The notes under the pieces are model-generated. The model made no database searches, was not told where the DNA came from, and was given only the letters and a program-made list of their open reading frames with translations. The position numbers and the translations under genes were made by a program. A stretch of DNA of 64,000 nucleotides from an uncultured Leptospirales bacterium (lineage in GTDB: Bacteria > Spirochaetota > UBA4802 > UBA5550): NCBI GenBank assembly GCA_964439325.1, contig CAYTNW010000005.1:100592-164591 (forward strand), written 5' to 3'. Below, in pieces: positions 9,858 to 18,943 of this stretch; positions within the stretch are counted from its first letter, which is position 1; every line of letters begins with the position of its first letter.

Positions 9858-11114
9858 TTGCAGTTGTTAATTCAATGTGCTGGATGTTCTTATATGAAGA
9901 TGATGACCAGATTTTCATTATACGGTTTTCTAAAGAACCTTGATTTTTCCGAACCTTTCCTGATACTTTTCTATCTCTCTCTGGGGTTAAACTTTCTGCA
10001 GATAGGCATACTTGTTTCGTTCCTCAACATCTGCGTCAACGTAATGGAGATACCGAGCGGCGCACTGGCGGATATATACGGCAGAAAAAATTCCGTGATG
10101 GTTTCACTGATCGGCTATATAATCGCTTTTATAATATTCGCGTTATCACGCAGTTATGCACCACTTTTTGTTGCGCTTTTTTTCTATTCGATCGGGGATG
10201 CGTTCAGAACCGGGACTCATAAGGCGATGATTTTCGACTGGCTGAGAATGAACGGCAGGCTCTCTGAAAAGACAAAGGTATACGGCTACACCAGGTCCTG
10301 GTCTAAATACGGAAGCGCAATATCGGTAATAATCGCTCCTGTAATCGTAATTTTCTCAGCAGACTACAGGTGGATCTTTATATTTTCAATAATTCCCTAC
10401 ATTTTCGGTGTATGGAATATTGCAGCCTATCCTTCATATCTTAACAAAAAGCTTGATGACAAACTTAACCTCGGTCTCATATTCAGGCACACTGTCAGCG
10501 GGATAAGACAGTCTTTTGTAAATGCCAGCCTGAGAAAGCTTATAGTGCAGAGCCTCGGTTTCGAAGGTGTCTTCGAGGTTACGAAGGATTATCTCCAGCC
10601 GATACTGAAGGCCCAGGCGCTGGTGCTGGTTGTCTATTTTACTCTTCCGGAGAAAGAGAGCACTGCAATAATCGTGGGGGTGGTATATTTTATCCTCCAT
10701 ATGATATCCGCAACAGCATCAAGGAGGGCCCATATTTTCGCCGGAAGATTCAGGTCGGAGCAGGGCGCGATTGTTGCAATGATCTTTATCGGCTTTCTTC
10801 TCGCTTTTATATCTTCTGTGGGGATTTATACAAAACTTTTTATCCTGGCAATCATATCGTACATATTTTATTATGTTATCCAGAATTTATGGAGGCCGAT
10901 ACTTGTCGCTCAATATGATGACTACGCTTCAAGTTCGGAACAGGCAACCATTCTTTCTATTGAGTCGCAGACCAGGACCGTTGGTATAACGATAATCGCT
11001 CCGGTTGCGGGATTCCTCGCCGATAAATACGGGATACAGTCATCGCTTCTCATGCTTTCAGTAATATTGCTTCTGCTGTGGTTCTATTCTTACGCTGGCC
11101 TGAAGAAAGAATAA
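9858..11114 (+). CDS. MFS transporter
   Basis: About 12 hydrophobic segments; MFS-like GRK/D-rich loop (IYGRKNS) after TM2; true start may be an internal Met. Confidence 0.7.
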   Translation: MQLLIQCAGCSYMKMMTRFSLYGFLKNLDFSEPFLILFYLSLGLNFLQIGILVSFLNICVNVMEIPSGALADIYGRKNSVMVSLIGYIIAFIIFALSRSYAPLFVALFFYSIGDAFRTGTHKAMIFDWLRMNGRLSEKTKVYGYTRSWSKYGSAISVIIAPVIVIFSADYRWIFIFSIIPYIFGVWNIAAYPSYLNKKLDDKLNLGLIFRHTVSGIRQSFVNASLRKLIVQSLGFEGVFEVTKDYLQPILKAQALVLVVYFTLPEKESTAIIVGVVYFILHMISATASRRAHIFAGRFRSEQGAIVAMIFIGFLLAFISSVGIYTKLFILAIISYIFYYVIQNLWRPILVAQYDDYASSSEQATILSIESQTRTVGITIIAPVAGFLADKYGIQSSLLMLSVILLLLWFYSYAGLKKE

Positions 11115-11203
11115 ACGTATCCTTTATGCGTTTGAACAGGAAAATAAACATCAGGCTGTAATTCAGGGAAGATAAAAGTTGAAAAAACGACATAACGCGA
11201 AGT

Positions 11204-11262
11204 ACGTCCCGGCAGAAAACCGGAGGGGGAACGTGCCGGGATTATTGCTGTCTTTTTTTAAG
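11204..11262 (+). terminator. intrinsic terminator (possibly bidirectional)
   Basis: tcccggc ... gccggga 7-bp stem followed by a T-rich tract. Confidence 0.4.
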
Positions 11263-11272
11263 AGACCGGTTA

Positions 11273-11451
11273 TTTGCCGCCCATTGAAAACTTTTTAAGT
11301 TTGGCGTTCAGCAGGTTGATCTCGAGGAGGAGATTGCCGTAAGCAGTTGTAAGACCTTTCTCTTTAGCATCCTGTGCTTCCATCTGCTTTTTTTTGAGAG
11401 CGATCTTGAGTTTGTCGTACTCTTCCTGTTTATCCATCTGATTCATCATAA
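11273..11451 (-). CDS. small (59 aa) charged coiled-coil protein, not in ORF track
   Basis: Reverse strand reads GGAGGttttATGATGAATCAGATGGAT...; K/E-rich heptad-like sequence; stop TAA at 11273. Confidence 0.4.
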
Positions 11452-11690
11452 AACCTCCGTTTATTATTCTGATACAGTTTTTTTATTTTTTCTCATTTTA
11501 CTGACCGTTTTTTAAAAGCTGCGGCCTGTAAAACAGACATTTCATACAATATTATATCGACACACTAATAAAGGATTAATACACAGTCAAGTATAAATAA
11601 TTATTTTTTTACTGAAAAAATATAACTATACCAAAAAGCCATAGTGTGTCATTTACTCTCTGTTATAAGGTTATGTCTCACAGCAGATTT

Positions 11691-12521
11691 CTACTCCTCC
11701 ATTGTTCTTGTTTTGACAAGTTTTTCTCTGTCGCCAGGTTCAGATTCATGGACCCGCCTCTCCTCAATGATTCTGTCACGAATAAGTTTTTCATCTTCTT
11801 CGAGCCTTTTAATTCTGATCAGGGCATCTCTGTCGTTCGGGTCGAGTTCATGAGACCTTTTTTCCTCGATGATTCTGTCCCTGATCTGTTTTTCATCCTC
11901 TTCAAGGCGTTTGATTTTAATAAGAATGTCTCTATCGTTCAGGTCCAGTTCATGGGACCGTTTTTCCTCGATGATTCTGTCCCTGATCTGTTTCTCATCC
12001 TCCTCAAGGCGTTTGATTTTGATAAGAATGTCTCTGTCGTTCGGATCGAGTTCGTGCATCCTTTTTTCCTCGATGATTCTGTCCCTGACCTGTTTTTCGT
12101 CCTCTTCAAGACGTCTTATTCTGATCAGAATATCCCTGTCATTCGGATCGAGTTCGTGCATCCGTTTCTCCTCGATTATTCTGTCGCGGACATGTTTTTC
12201 ATCCTCTTCAAGGAGTCTGATCTTGATCAGAGAGTCTCTGTCTTTAGGGTCGAGTTCATGTTTTCTTTTTTCTTCGACAATTCTGTCACGGATATGTTTT
12301 TCATCCTCCTCCAGCAGCCGTATTTTAATTAATCTGTGTCTGTCTGAAATGTCGTCTTCGTGCATTTTTTTTTCTTTTATTATGCCGTTACGCGGAGCCT
12401 GCTGGTCCTCATTGATGCGTCTCCTTGTAAAAAGCCTTTCACGGTCTGCAGCATCATCCTGCTGCCGCTGTTTATCCTTTAAAATATTTTTCAGATCATC
12501 TTTTTTACCTGCTCGTGACAT
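11691..12521 (-). CDS. highly charged tandem-repeat protein (7 x 34-aa repeat LIKIKRLEEDEKQIRDRIIEEKRSHELDPNDRDI)
   Basis: Long ORF on minus strand; GGAGGTGG RBS before ATG at about 12521 (ORF-track start 12578 is a likely over-extension); near-identical 34-aa units. Confidence 0.55.
   Translation of the reverse strand: MSRAGKKDDLKNILKDKQRQQDDAADRERLFTRRRINEDQQAPRNGIIKEKKMHEDDISDRHRLIKIRLLEEDEKHIRDRIVEEKRKHELDPKDRDSLIKIRLLEEDEKHVRDRIIEEKRMHELDPNDRDILIRIRRLEEDEKQVRDRIIEEKRMHELDPNDRDILIKIKRLEEDEKQIRDRIIEEKRSHELDLNDRDILIKIKRLEEDEKQIRDRIIEEKRSHELDPNDRDALIRIKRLEEDEKLIRDRIIEERRVHESEPGDREKLVKTRTMEE
11700..12360. repeat. tandem DNA repeat, period 102 bp, about 7 copies (coding)
   Basis: Periodic recurrence of ctcctcaaggcgtttgattttgataagaatgtctctgtcgttcggatcgagttcgtgcatcc-like units. 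Confidence 0.7.
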
Positions 12522-12775
12522 AAACCACCTCCACTGGTAATCAGTAATTAATATAATCAGTATAATGGGAAAAATCATGAAAAATGACTGATAATATTCA
12601 GTTACTAAACAGTATTTTTACATATAGATTTTAATTATTTCGGAAAAGTATCCGGATAAAAAGAGGCTCTGACCCTCTATCTGTGATAATTTGAGCTGTT
12701 TTTAATTTTATGATTTGAGAAGAAAAAACCCGCGGGTTAACAAAATTTTATTGCCATCGATTAACTGACTGATTA

Positions 12776-12795
12776 GTTTAACTGAACAGTTAAAC
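12776..12795. promoter_or_regulatory. perfect palindrome GTTTAACTG-AA-CAGTTAAAC, candidate TetR operator
   Basis: 9-bp inverted repeat with 2-nt spacer, 25 nt upstream of the tetR-family start; extra TTAACTGA half-sites just upstream. Confidence 0.55.
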
Positions 12796-12819
12796 ATAAT
12801 CGTTAATTACTGAGGTTTT

Positions 12820-13479
12820 ATGAAAAGCAGGGACAGAATCATTAATGCGGCAATACCTGTTTTTGCCGGGAAGGGGAGGCACGGTGCTCACATGGAGGAG
12901 ATCGCTTCTCAGGCCCGTATAAACAAGGCGATGATCTATTACATCTTTCACAGCAAGGATGAACTGTACCGGGAGGTGCTGCTGCAGCTGATCAGTGATG
13001 TCTGGAATGTAATATTTGAAATAACAGATGATGATATAAAAAGCGGTAAAGGAACGGAGGAGGTTGTCTCGACCTTTATTTCGGCTTCAATATCGTTCTT
13101 TTCGGAAAACAGAGCGCATACAAAGATACTGGTCGACGCGCTGAGCAGCGGGGCGGAGGAGATACCCTTTGCAATTCAGCATATTAAAACCAATTTCGGT
13201 GAAAAAGATCCATCCGCAAGACTCAGGGAGGTAATAGAAAAAGGGAAATCTGAAAAGAGCATCCGTGATGTAGATTCAGATCAGCTGATAATAAGCCTGA
13301 TCGGAATGGTTATAATACATTTTTTTTCACAGGGAATAACACAGATACTGGATATCGAAGTCGAGGATGAAAGCAGATTTCTGGAACAGAGAAAGAAGAG
13401 CATTATCGATCTTGTATTGAACAGCATACTAATCGGTAAACCGGATCATCTTAAGAAGAAAACATCAAGGCTTAAATAG
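12820..13479 (+). CDS. TetR/AcrR family transcriptional regulator
   Basis: N-terminal HTH (GAHMEEIASQARINKAMIYYIFHSKDELY); about 220 aa. Confidence 0.8.
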   Translation: MKSRDRIINAAIPVFAGKGRHGAHMEEIASQARINKAMIYYIFHSKDELYREVLLQLISDVWNVIFEITDDDIKSGKGTEEVVSTFISASISFFSENRAHTKILVDALSSGAEEIPFAIQHIKTNFGEKDPSARLREVIEKGKSEKSIRDVDSDQLIISLIGMVIIHFFSQGITQILDIEVEDESRFLEQRKKSIIDLVLNSILIGKPDHLKKKTSRLK

Positions 13480-13492
13480 TTAGAGGTAACTG

Positions 13493-16400
13493 ATGAAAAA
13501 AATTATAAATTATATTCTCGATCAGGATCTTCTCGTGAACCTGATTGTTCTGATAATAATACTTGCGGGGGCTGTATCCTTTTCCATGTTGAACAGGGAA
13601 TCGATTCCGGATTCGAGCGTGGGTATGGTAACAATAATGACAATCTATCCCGGTGCATCACCCGTTGAGGCGGAGGAACTTGTTACGGTTCCGATTGAGA
13701 AAAAACTGCGAAGTGTAAGCAATATTAAAAAGGTCAGAGCGTATAATGTAGAGAATGCTTCGCTGATTGTTGTATATATTGCTGATAAGGTGAAGGATAC
13801 AAAGAAGGTCGTTCAGGATATCAAGGATGCTGTCGAACAGGTGGGGAATCTTCCTGCAATTGCCCGGAAACCGCTTGTTGCCGAAGTTACCACTGACACT
13901 ACCGAACTGGTAAGTGTTGCATTTACCGGGAAAGACGAAAGTGTTCCGTATAACAAACTGCGTGAATTAGCTTCGAAATCCGAGAATTTTTTCTATGACA
14001 TCGATGGTATTGCTGAGGTTGAAAAGTACGGTTACTATGACCGTGAATACCTCGTTGAGATAGATCCCGACGCGCTGGATAGAAACAGAATAAGTCTGAA
14101 CACAATTATCTATGCGCTGAAGATGCGTAATATAGATTTTCCCGGCGGACCGCTGCGTCTGGGGAAAAAGGAGTTTGTTCTCCGCACCAAGGGACAGTTT
14201 AAAAATGCGGAGGAGATAAGGGATACCGTAATCCATGGGAACGATACAGGGTACATTCTCCGGGTGGGAGATGTGGCGAAAGTAACCGATACCTATCAGG
14301 AGGCGGATGTACATCACAGGTTTAACGGGAAGCCGGCAGTTGTCTTCAAGCTCTGGAAGAAGAGAAGCGCTGACGAGATTAAGCTTGCCGGCAGGATAAG
14401 AAAAGCGGTAGCAGGCTACTCTGTTCCGGGATATGAAGATGTGAAAATTTCATTTTTTAATGATCAGAGTGTTTTGACTGAAAGCCGTATTTTATCGGTA
14501 GTTCATGAGGCGATTCTCGGCTTTGTGATACTTGGACTTTTTATGGTTTTGCTGATGGGGAGGCGAATGTCGGCTCTTGTTCTTGCCGGAATACCCGTGA
14601 CTTTCATGATCACATTTGCAGTTATGAAAATGCAGGGTATTACAATAAATATTGTAAGCCTTTTCGGCATGATAATGGTTCTCGGGATGATGGTCGATTT
14701 CAGTATTGTTATAGCGGAGAATACACACAGGTATATGGAAAGCGGTGTCAAGCGTAAACAGGCTATAGAGAACGGCATTTCGGAGGTTTTCTGGTCTGTA
14801 ACTGTTACTCTTGTATGTATTGTAACTGCGTTTATGCCGCTGCTTCTTGTTACAGGTATGGTTGGAAAATTTATAAAGGCAATACCTGTTGTAATAGTTA
14901 CAACTCTTGTCGCTTCGTGGCTGTTTGCGATGTTCATCCTGCCTTATTTCCTTGATAAATTCCTTGGCGAATCTCACAAAAAAGAGAGGGTGAGGAGAGA
15001 GTTGACTTTTCCGGAGAGGGTGATCTGCAGAATAACCGGGAAAAGCATTGATAAATCGATAACCTCATGCAGGGATGAGGATGATAATTTTGAAGAGGGA
15101 CTCTTCGGCAGGGTGCAGAAAACATACAAGATGTTCGTTGTTAAAGCGCTGGAACACCGGTACATAGTTGTAGGTGTTCTGGTGGTACTCTTTGCAGTTT
15201 CCCTTGCGCTGCTGCCCGGCATGGGTTTTAAATTCCTCACCGGGGGCGGTGAGGAGCAGATCAGGATAAAGGTCAAAATGCCGTTTGAGACTAACCTCGA
15301 TTCAAATCTTGATGAGATGAAAAAAATTGAGCAGCTGGTTATTAAATCTGTCCCGGCAGAGGAGTTCAAAGCTCTGCATCTTTATGTAGGAGAGGATTAT
15401 ACTGATTTTACAGATCCGAAACCGCCGAAGGCAACTTATAAAAGTACATTTGATATATACCTTGTGCCTGAGAAAGAGAGGAAAAGAAAAGCTGATGAAA
15501 TTAATATGGAATTACGAAATAAAATTGCAATTGCACAGCAGGGAGGATTTTTATCAGGGGATACAAGTATTAAAGTTGAATCTATCTTCCTGGGGCCGCC
15601 GATTGGCAAACCTGTAAATGTGGAGATACAGGGAGAAGATTATGAAGTGATGAAAAAGATAGCTGATGAGTACAGTGCATTTCTTCCCTCTGTAAAAGGT
15701 GTGAGAGATATCACTATAGACCTTGAAACCGGTAAAACGGAATATCAGTATACGGTAAACGAAAAGATGGCGGCATGGTCAAAAGTTTCCGCCTACGATA
15801 TCGCGTCCGCTATAAATGCCTCGTTCTCCGGCGATGTCGCTACAAAGGTTAACCAGAATGAGGAGGAGGTTGGCGTAAGGGTAAGGTTTCCCGAAGATGC
15901 GCGAAGGAATAAAACAGGACTGAACGACGTGAAAGTTTCAAATATGATGGGTGGACTAGTGCCTCTTGATTCGGTAAGCGACGTGCATATATATAAGGGA
16001 TACTCTCAGATCAACAGGCTCAATTATAAGAGGCTGGTTCAGGTGCAGGCCGATATCGATACAAAGGTAATTACGCCAGTTGATGTGACAAAACTCCTTG
16101 AAAAAAAATTCGCCGGTATTGAAAAACGTTATCCGGGTTACACTGTAAGATACGGCGGTGAGCAGGAGGATACAAATGAATCGGTAAGCGAGCTGGGTAA
16201 TCTTTTTGTTGCCGCGCTGATTGTTATTTTTGTTGTGCTGACTGCATATACTAATTCACTGGCGATGCCCCTTGTAATTATGATCGCTATACCATTCGCA
16301 TTTGTCGGTGTAATTTTCGCGCTCTTTACTCATGGTGAGCCCCTTTCATTTATGAGTATGCTGGGGCTTTTCAGCCTTGCAGGGATCATTGTGAGCAATA

Positions 16401-16822
16401 CACTGGTGCTGGTACAGTTCATAAACAAGTTCAGAGACGATGGCTTGAGCCTGAAGGATGCGCTGGCAGAAGGGGGCGTCGTGAGGCTGAGACCTATAAT
16501 ACTTACGGCAGGTTCAATGTTTCTTGAACTTCTCCCGGTTATATACGGATTCGGCGGAAAGGATTATCTTGTGGCGCCGCTTGCCCTGGCGTTCGGATAC
16601 GGCCTTCTTTTTGCGACGTTTATCACTCTGGTCCTGATACCGTGCTTCTATTACATCGCGGAAGATGCAAAGGGATTTGTATCGTCGGTACTTTCGAATT
16701 ATGGAATTACAATAAGCGGCAACATATATCAGCCTGTTACGTCCGGTTCTGTCAGAGGTCAGCACGAAACCTTACAGATTCCTGCGCCTGTGAAAACAGC
16801 AAAGAAAAAACCGGTCAGGTAG
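13493..16822 (+). CDS. RND efflux transporter (AcrB/HAE1-like)
   Basis: 1109 aa; 12-TM architecture with two large periplasmic loops; N-terminus typical of AcrB family. Confidence 0.85.
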   Translation: MKKIINYILDQDLLVNLIVLIIILAGAVSFSMLNRESIPDSSVGMVTIMTIYPGASPVEAEELVTVPIEKKLRSVSNIKKVRAYNVENASLIVVYIADKVKDTKKVVQDIKDAVEQVGNLPAIARKPLVAEVTTDTTELVSVAFTGKDESVPYNKLRELASKSENFFYDIDGIAEVEKYGYYDREYLVEIDPDALDRNRISLNTIIYALKMRNIDFPGGPLRLGKKEFVLRTKGQFKNAEEIRDTVIHGNDTGYILRVGDVAKVTDTYQEADVHHRFNGKPAVVFKLWKKRSADEIKLAGRIRKAVAGYSVPGYEDVKISFFNDQSVLTESRILSVVHEAILGFVILGLFMVLLMGRRMSALVLAGIPVTFMITFAVMKMQGITINIVSLFGMIMVLGMMVDFSIVIAENTHRYMESGVKRKQAIENGISEVFWSVTVTLVCIVTAFMPLLLVTGMVGKFIKAIPVVIVTTLVASWLFAMFILPYFLDKFLGESHKKERVRRELTFPERVICRITGKSIDKSITSCRDEDDNFEEGLFGRVQKTYKMFVVKALEHRYIVVGVLVVLFAVSLALLPGMGFKFLTGGGEEQIRIKVKMPFETNLDSNLDEMKKIEQLVIKSVPAEEFKALHLYVGEDYTDFTDPKPPKATYKSTFDIYLVPEKERKRKADEINMELRNKIAIAQQGGFLSGDTSIKVESIFLGPPIGKPVNVEIQGEDYEVMKKIADEYSAFLPSVKGVRDITIDLETGKTEYQYTVNEKMAAWSKVSAYDIASAINASFSGDVATKVNQNEEEVGVRVRFPEDARRNKTGLNDVKVSNMMGGLVPLDSVSDVHIYKGYSQINRLNYKRLVQVQADIDTKVITPVDVTKLLEKKFAGIEKRYPGYTVRYGGEQEDTNESVSELGNLFVAALIVIFVVLTAYTNSLAMPLVIMIAIPFAFVGVIFALFTHGEPLSFMSMLGLFSLAGIIVSNTLVLVQFINKFRDDGLSLKDALAEGGVVRLRPIILTAGSMFLELLPVIYGFGGKDYLVAPLALAFGYGLLFATFITLVLIPCFYYIAEDAKGFVSSVLSNYGITISGNIYQPVTSGSVRGQHETLQIPAPVKTAKKKPVR

Positions 16823-16876
16823 AGGTGATTTTAACTGTATCAGAAGGAGTGATGGCTGATAAAATAAAATTATTAT

Positions 16877-17133
16877 TATAGCAGTTCACGAAATGATAAG
16901 ATCTCTGTCATTGCGAACCCTACGACAGGCTCAGGGTAAACGCCGTAAAGCAATCTGTTTTAAAAAAAACTGTAATTTCATAATAAAACTGATTTATTTA
17001 CAAAACAGACTGCGAGCGAAAACGATGTTCGCCTGCCGGCACACGACCATCGGAAGAGCCCTGGCTAAACAGGATGTTTTAATAATGCCGGCCGCGGCAT
17101 TCCATGCCTCGCAGTGACATTAAAAGTACTGAT
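16877..17133 (+). mobile_element. MITE-like non-coding repeat, copy A
   Basis: About 90% identical in inverted orientation to 60865..61096; internal inverted repeats ctgtcattgcgaa / ttcgcactgacag-like near its ends; no coding capacity. Confidence 0.6.
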
Positions 17134-17186
17134 GAAATAGTTAATAACTATAATGGATATGATTAAGAAATAAATTTTTAACGGAG

Positions 17187-18794
17187 TTGATTATGAAAAA
17201 CAGAATTCTATTGGTCTCGCTTTTAATACTTGCCGCAGCAGGAGCTCCGATAACTGCGCAGGAGAAATCCGGCAGCGGTGAAAACGGAAAGGCCGTTAAC
17301 GGCAGCACATTCGATAAGCGCATCGGTGTCGAATTATCGGACGAAGCGGCGGTGATTATCGACGGTAAAAAGCTGACTCTGTCCGAAGCGATAGTCAGGG
17401 CTATAGAGAAGAATCCCGATATATATATATCCAAGTATGAAGCCGCAATGGCTGATACCGACAGCATGAAGGCAGATGCAAGGTATTCCCCCTTTCTGCA
17501 GGCCGAGGCCGGAATTTCACAGAGTACCAATCCTGAAATGTATTACCTGATGTATGGAAAGAAGATGGATTCCGTCAATGCATCGGTATCACTTGCAAAG
17601 GGATTTTCTACCGGTACGACCGTTGTCGCAGGTACAGGTTATACTTCATCTGAGTTGACTACCGGTCTGCTTCTGGGTTTTATTCCATCACAGCATTATG
17701 ATAATATAAGCAGTCCCTATGTGTTCGCCCAGATCCAGCAGGAGTTTCTGAAGAACGCTTTCGGCTGCAATGACAGGAAACTTGATCAGATACTTAAAAA
17801 CGCAACGCAGATGAAACGGGAGGCGTATATCTACAGCATGTCTATGATAGCGTTCAAGGTAATGATTGAGTACTGTAATGTGGTAATCGCGCAGAACCAT
17901 CTCGATAATGCAAAAATAATGCTGGCTGAGACAAAAAAAGTAAGGAGCATAACCGCGGAGAAGGTAAGTCTGGGACTGAGCGAGAAGTTCGAAATAAACT
18001 ACTGGAACTCACTTGTTGCGTCGGCGAATGCAAGCGTAACTCAGGCTGAACAGAATTACAGGAAGACTCTCCGTCAGTTTTACAGGGACATAAATGTCGA
18101 TGAAGGAATTTCGATGCAGGAGAAGATAGTACTCTCGGACAAACTGCCGGTAATAAACTCTGAAGAGGCCATTAAACGGGCCTTTGAAAAACGTGTGGAT
18201 TACCTCAATGCTGTCAGAACTCTTGAAAACGCGAAGCTCTCGCTCCAGATGAATCAGAACAATGCGCTGCCCTCTCTGAAGGGTATTGTCTCAGCCTCTT
18301 CGATGGATCTGAATGTCGATTCAGCAGCAGATGCCTATTCAAATGTGGCTGATAGAAAATATCATAAATATGAAGCAAAACTTAGCATGTCCTACCCTCT
18401 CGATGATACAAATCAGAAGGCCGATGAGAGAAACGCCGGATGGATGGTGGAGCAGTCGAAGCAGAAACTTGAAACAACCAGAAGGGAAGTTAAAGACGAT
18501 GTAATCACGAAAATCGAGAATGTCACCGCCGATTACCAGCTTTATACCGAAGCAAAAGAGGCGAGAAAACAGGCCGAGATGTATTACAGCAACATACTTC
18601 TCAACATGAAAAGGGGGAGGTTTGCCGCATCATCAGTAAGAGATGCGATGGATGGACTGATAAAGACAAGGGAGATGGAGCTCCAGCTGCTGGTGCTTTA
18701 TAATGCAGCTCTGATTGAATTGGAAGTATCAAAAAACGAACTTTTTGAAACTTACAAAATTGATGTAAATAAATATATTCCGAAAGAGCAGTAA
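17187..18794 (+). CDS. TolC-like outer membrane efflux protein
   Basis: Signal peptide; tandem OEP-type coiled-coil/beta repeats. Confidence 0.75.
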   Translation: MIMKNRILLVSLLILAAAGAPITAQEKSGSGENGKAVNGSTFDKRIGVELSDEAAVIIDGKKLTLSEAIVRAIEKNPDIYISKYEAAMADTDSMKADARYSPFLQAEAGISQSTNPEMYYLMYGKKMDSVNASVSLAKGFSTGTTVVAGTGYTSSELTTGLLLGFIPSQHYDNISSPYVFAQIQQEFLKNAFGCNDRKLDQILKNATQMKREAYIYSMSMIAFKVMIEYCNVVIAQNHLDNAKIMLAETKKVRSITAEKVSLGLSEKFEINYWNSLVASANASVTQAEQNYRKTLRQFYRDINVDEGISMQEKIVLSDKLPVINSEEAIKRAFEKRVDYLNAVRTLENAKLSLQMNQNNALPSLKGIVSASSMDLNVDSAADAYSNVADRKYHKYEAKLSMSYPLDDTNQKADERNAGWMVEQSKQKLETTRREVKDDVITKIENVTADYQLYTEAKEARKQAEMYYSNILLNMKRGRFAASSVRDAMDGLIKTREMELQLLVLYNAALIELEVSKNELFETYKIDVNKYIPKEQ

Positions 18795-18873
18795 TGACAG
18801 AGGACTGTTATAACTGACATCTTTATTGACATACTATTTTTATCGGAATTTACCCGGACTTCATGTTTAATGC

Positions 18874-18927
18874 GTTCAACCTTGTAAGTCCGGTCGGTGT
18901 AAACCGTTCAATCTTGTAAGTCAGGTC
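18874..18927 (+). promoter_or_regulatory. 22-bp direct repeat x2 (gttcaaYcttgtaagtcMggtcg), 31-bp period
   Basis: Two copies with 2 mismatches immediately upstream of the FGE-like gene. Confidence 0.35.
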
Positions 18928-18943
18928 GACAGGAAGGCTTTTA

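Noticed and set aside
11644-12540. Plus-strand ORFs 11644..11853, 11646..12332 and 11869..12540 (Ser/Phe/Leu-rich repeats)
   Set aside because: They lie antisense to the charged tandem-repeat gene and are generated by the same 102-bp repeat. Their low-complexity hydrophobic composition and lack of an RBS argue they are shadow ORFs. The minus-strand frame has a strong GGAGGTGG RBS.
14492-15369. Several minus-strand ORFs (131-161 aa) inside the RND transporter gene
   Set aside because: They are antisense to a confidently identified 1109-aa RND pump, with His/Asn/Tyr-rich junk composition typical of antisense frames in AT-rich coding DNA.
16893-17117. 74-aa ORF inside the MITE-like repeat
   Set aside because: It lies wholly within a non-coding dispersed repeat, has no RBS and an Arg/Lys-rich junk-like sequence. 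The second copy of the repeat does not preserve the frame.
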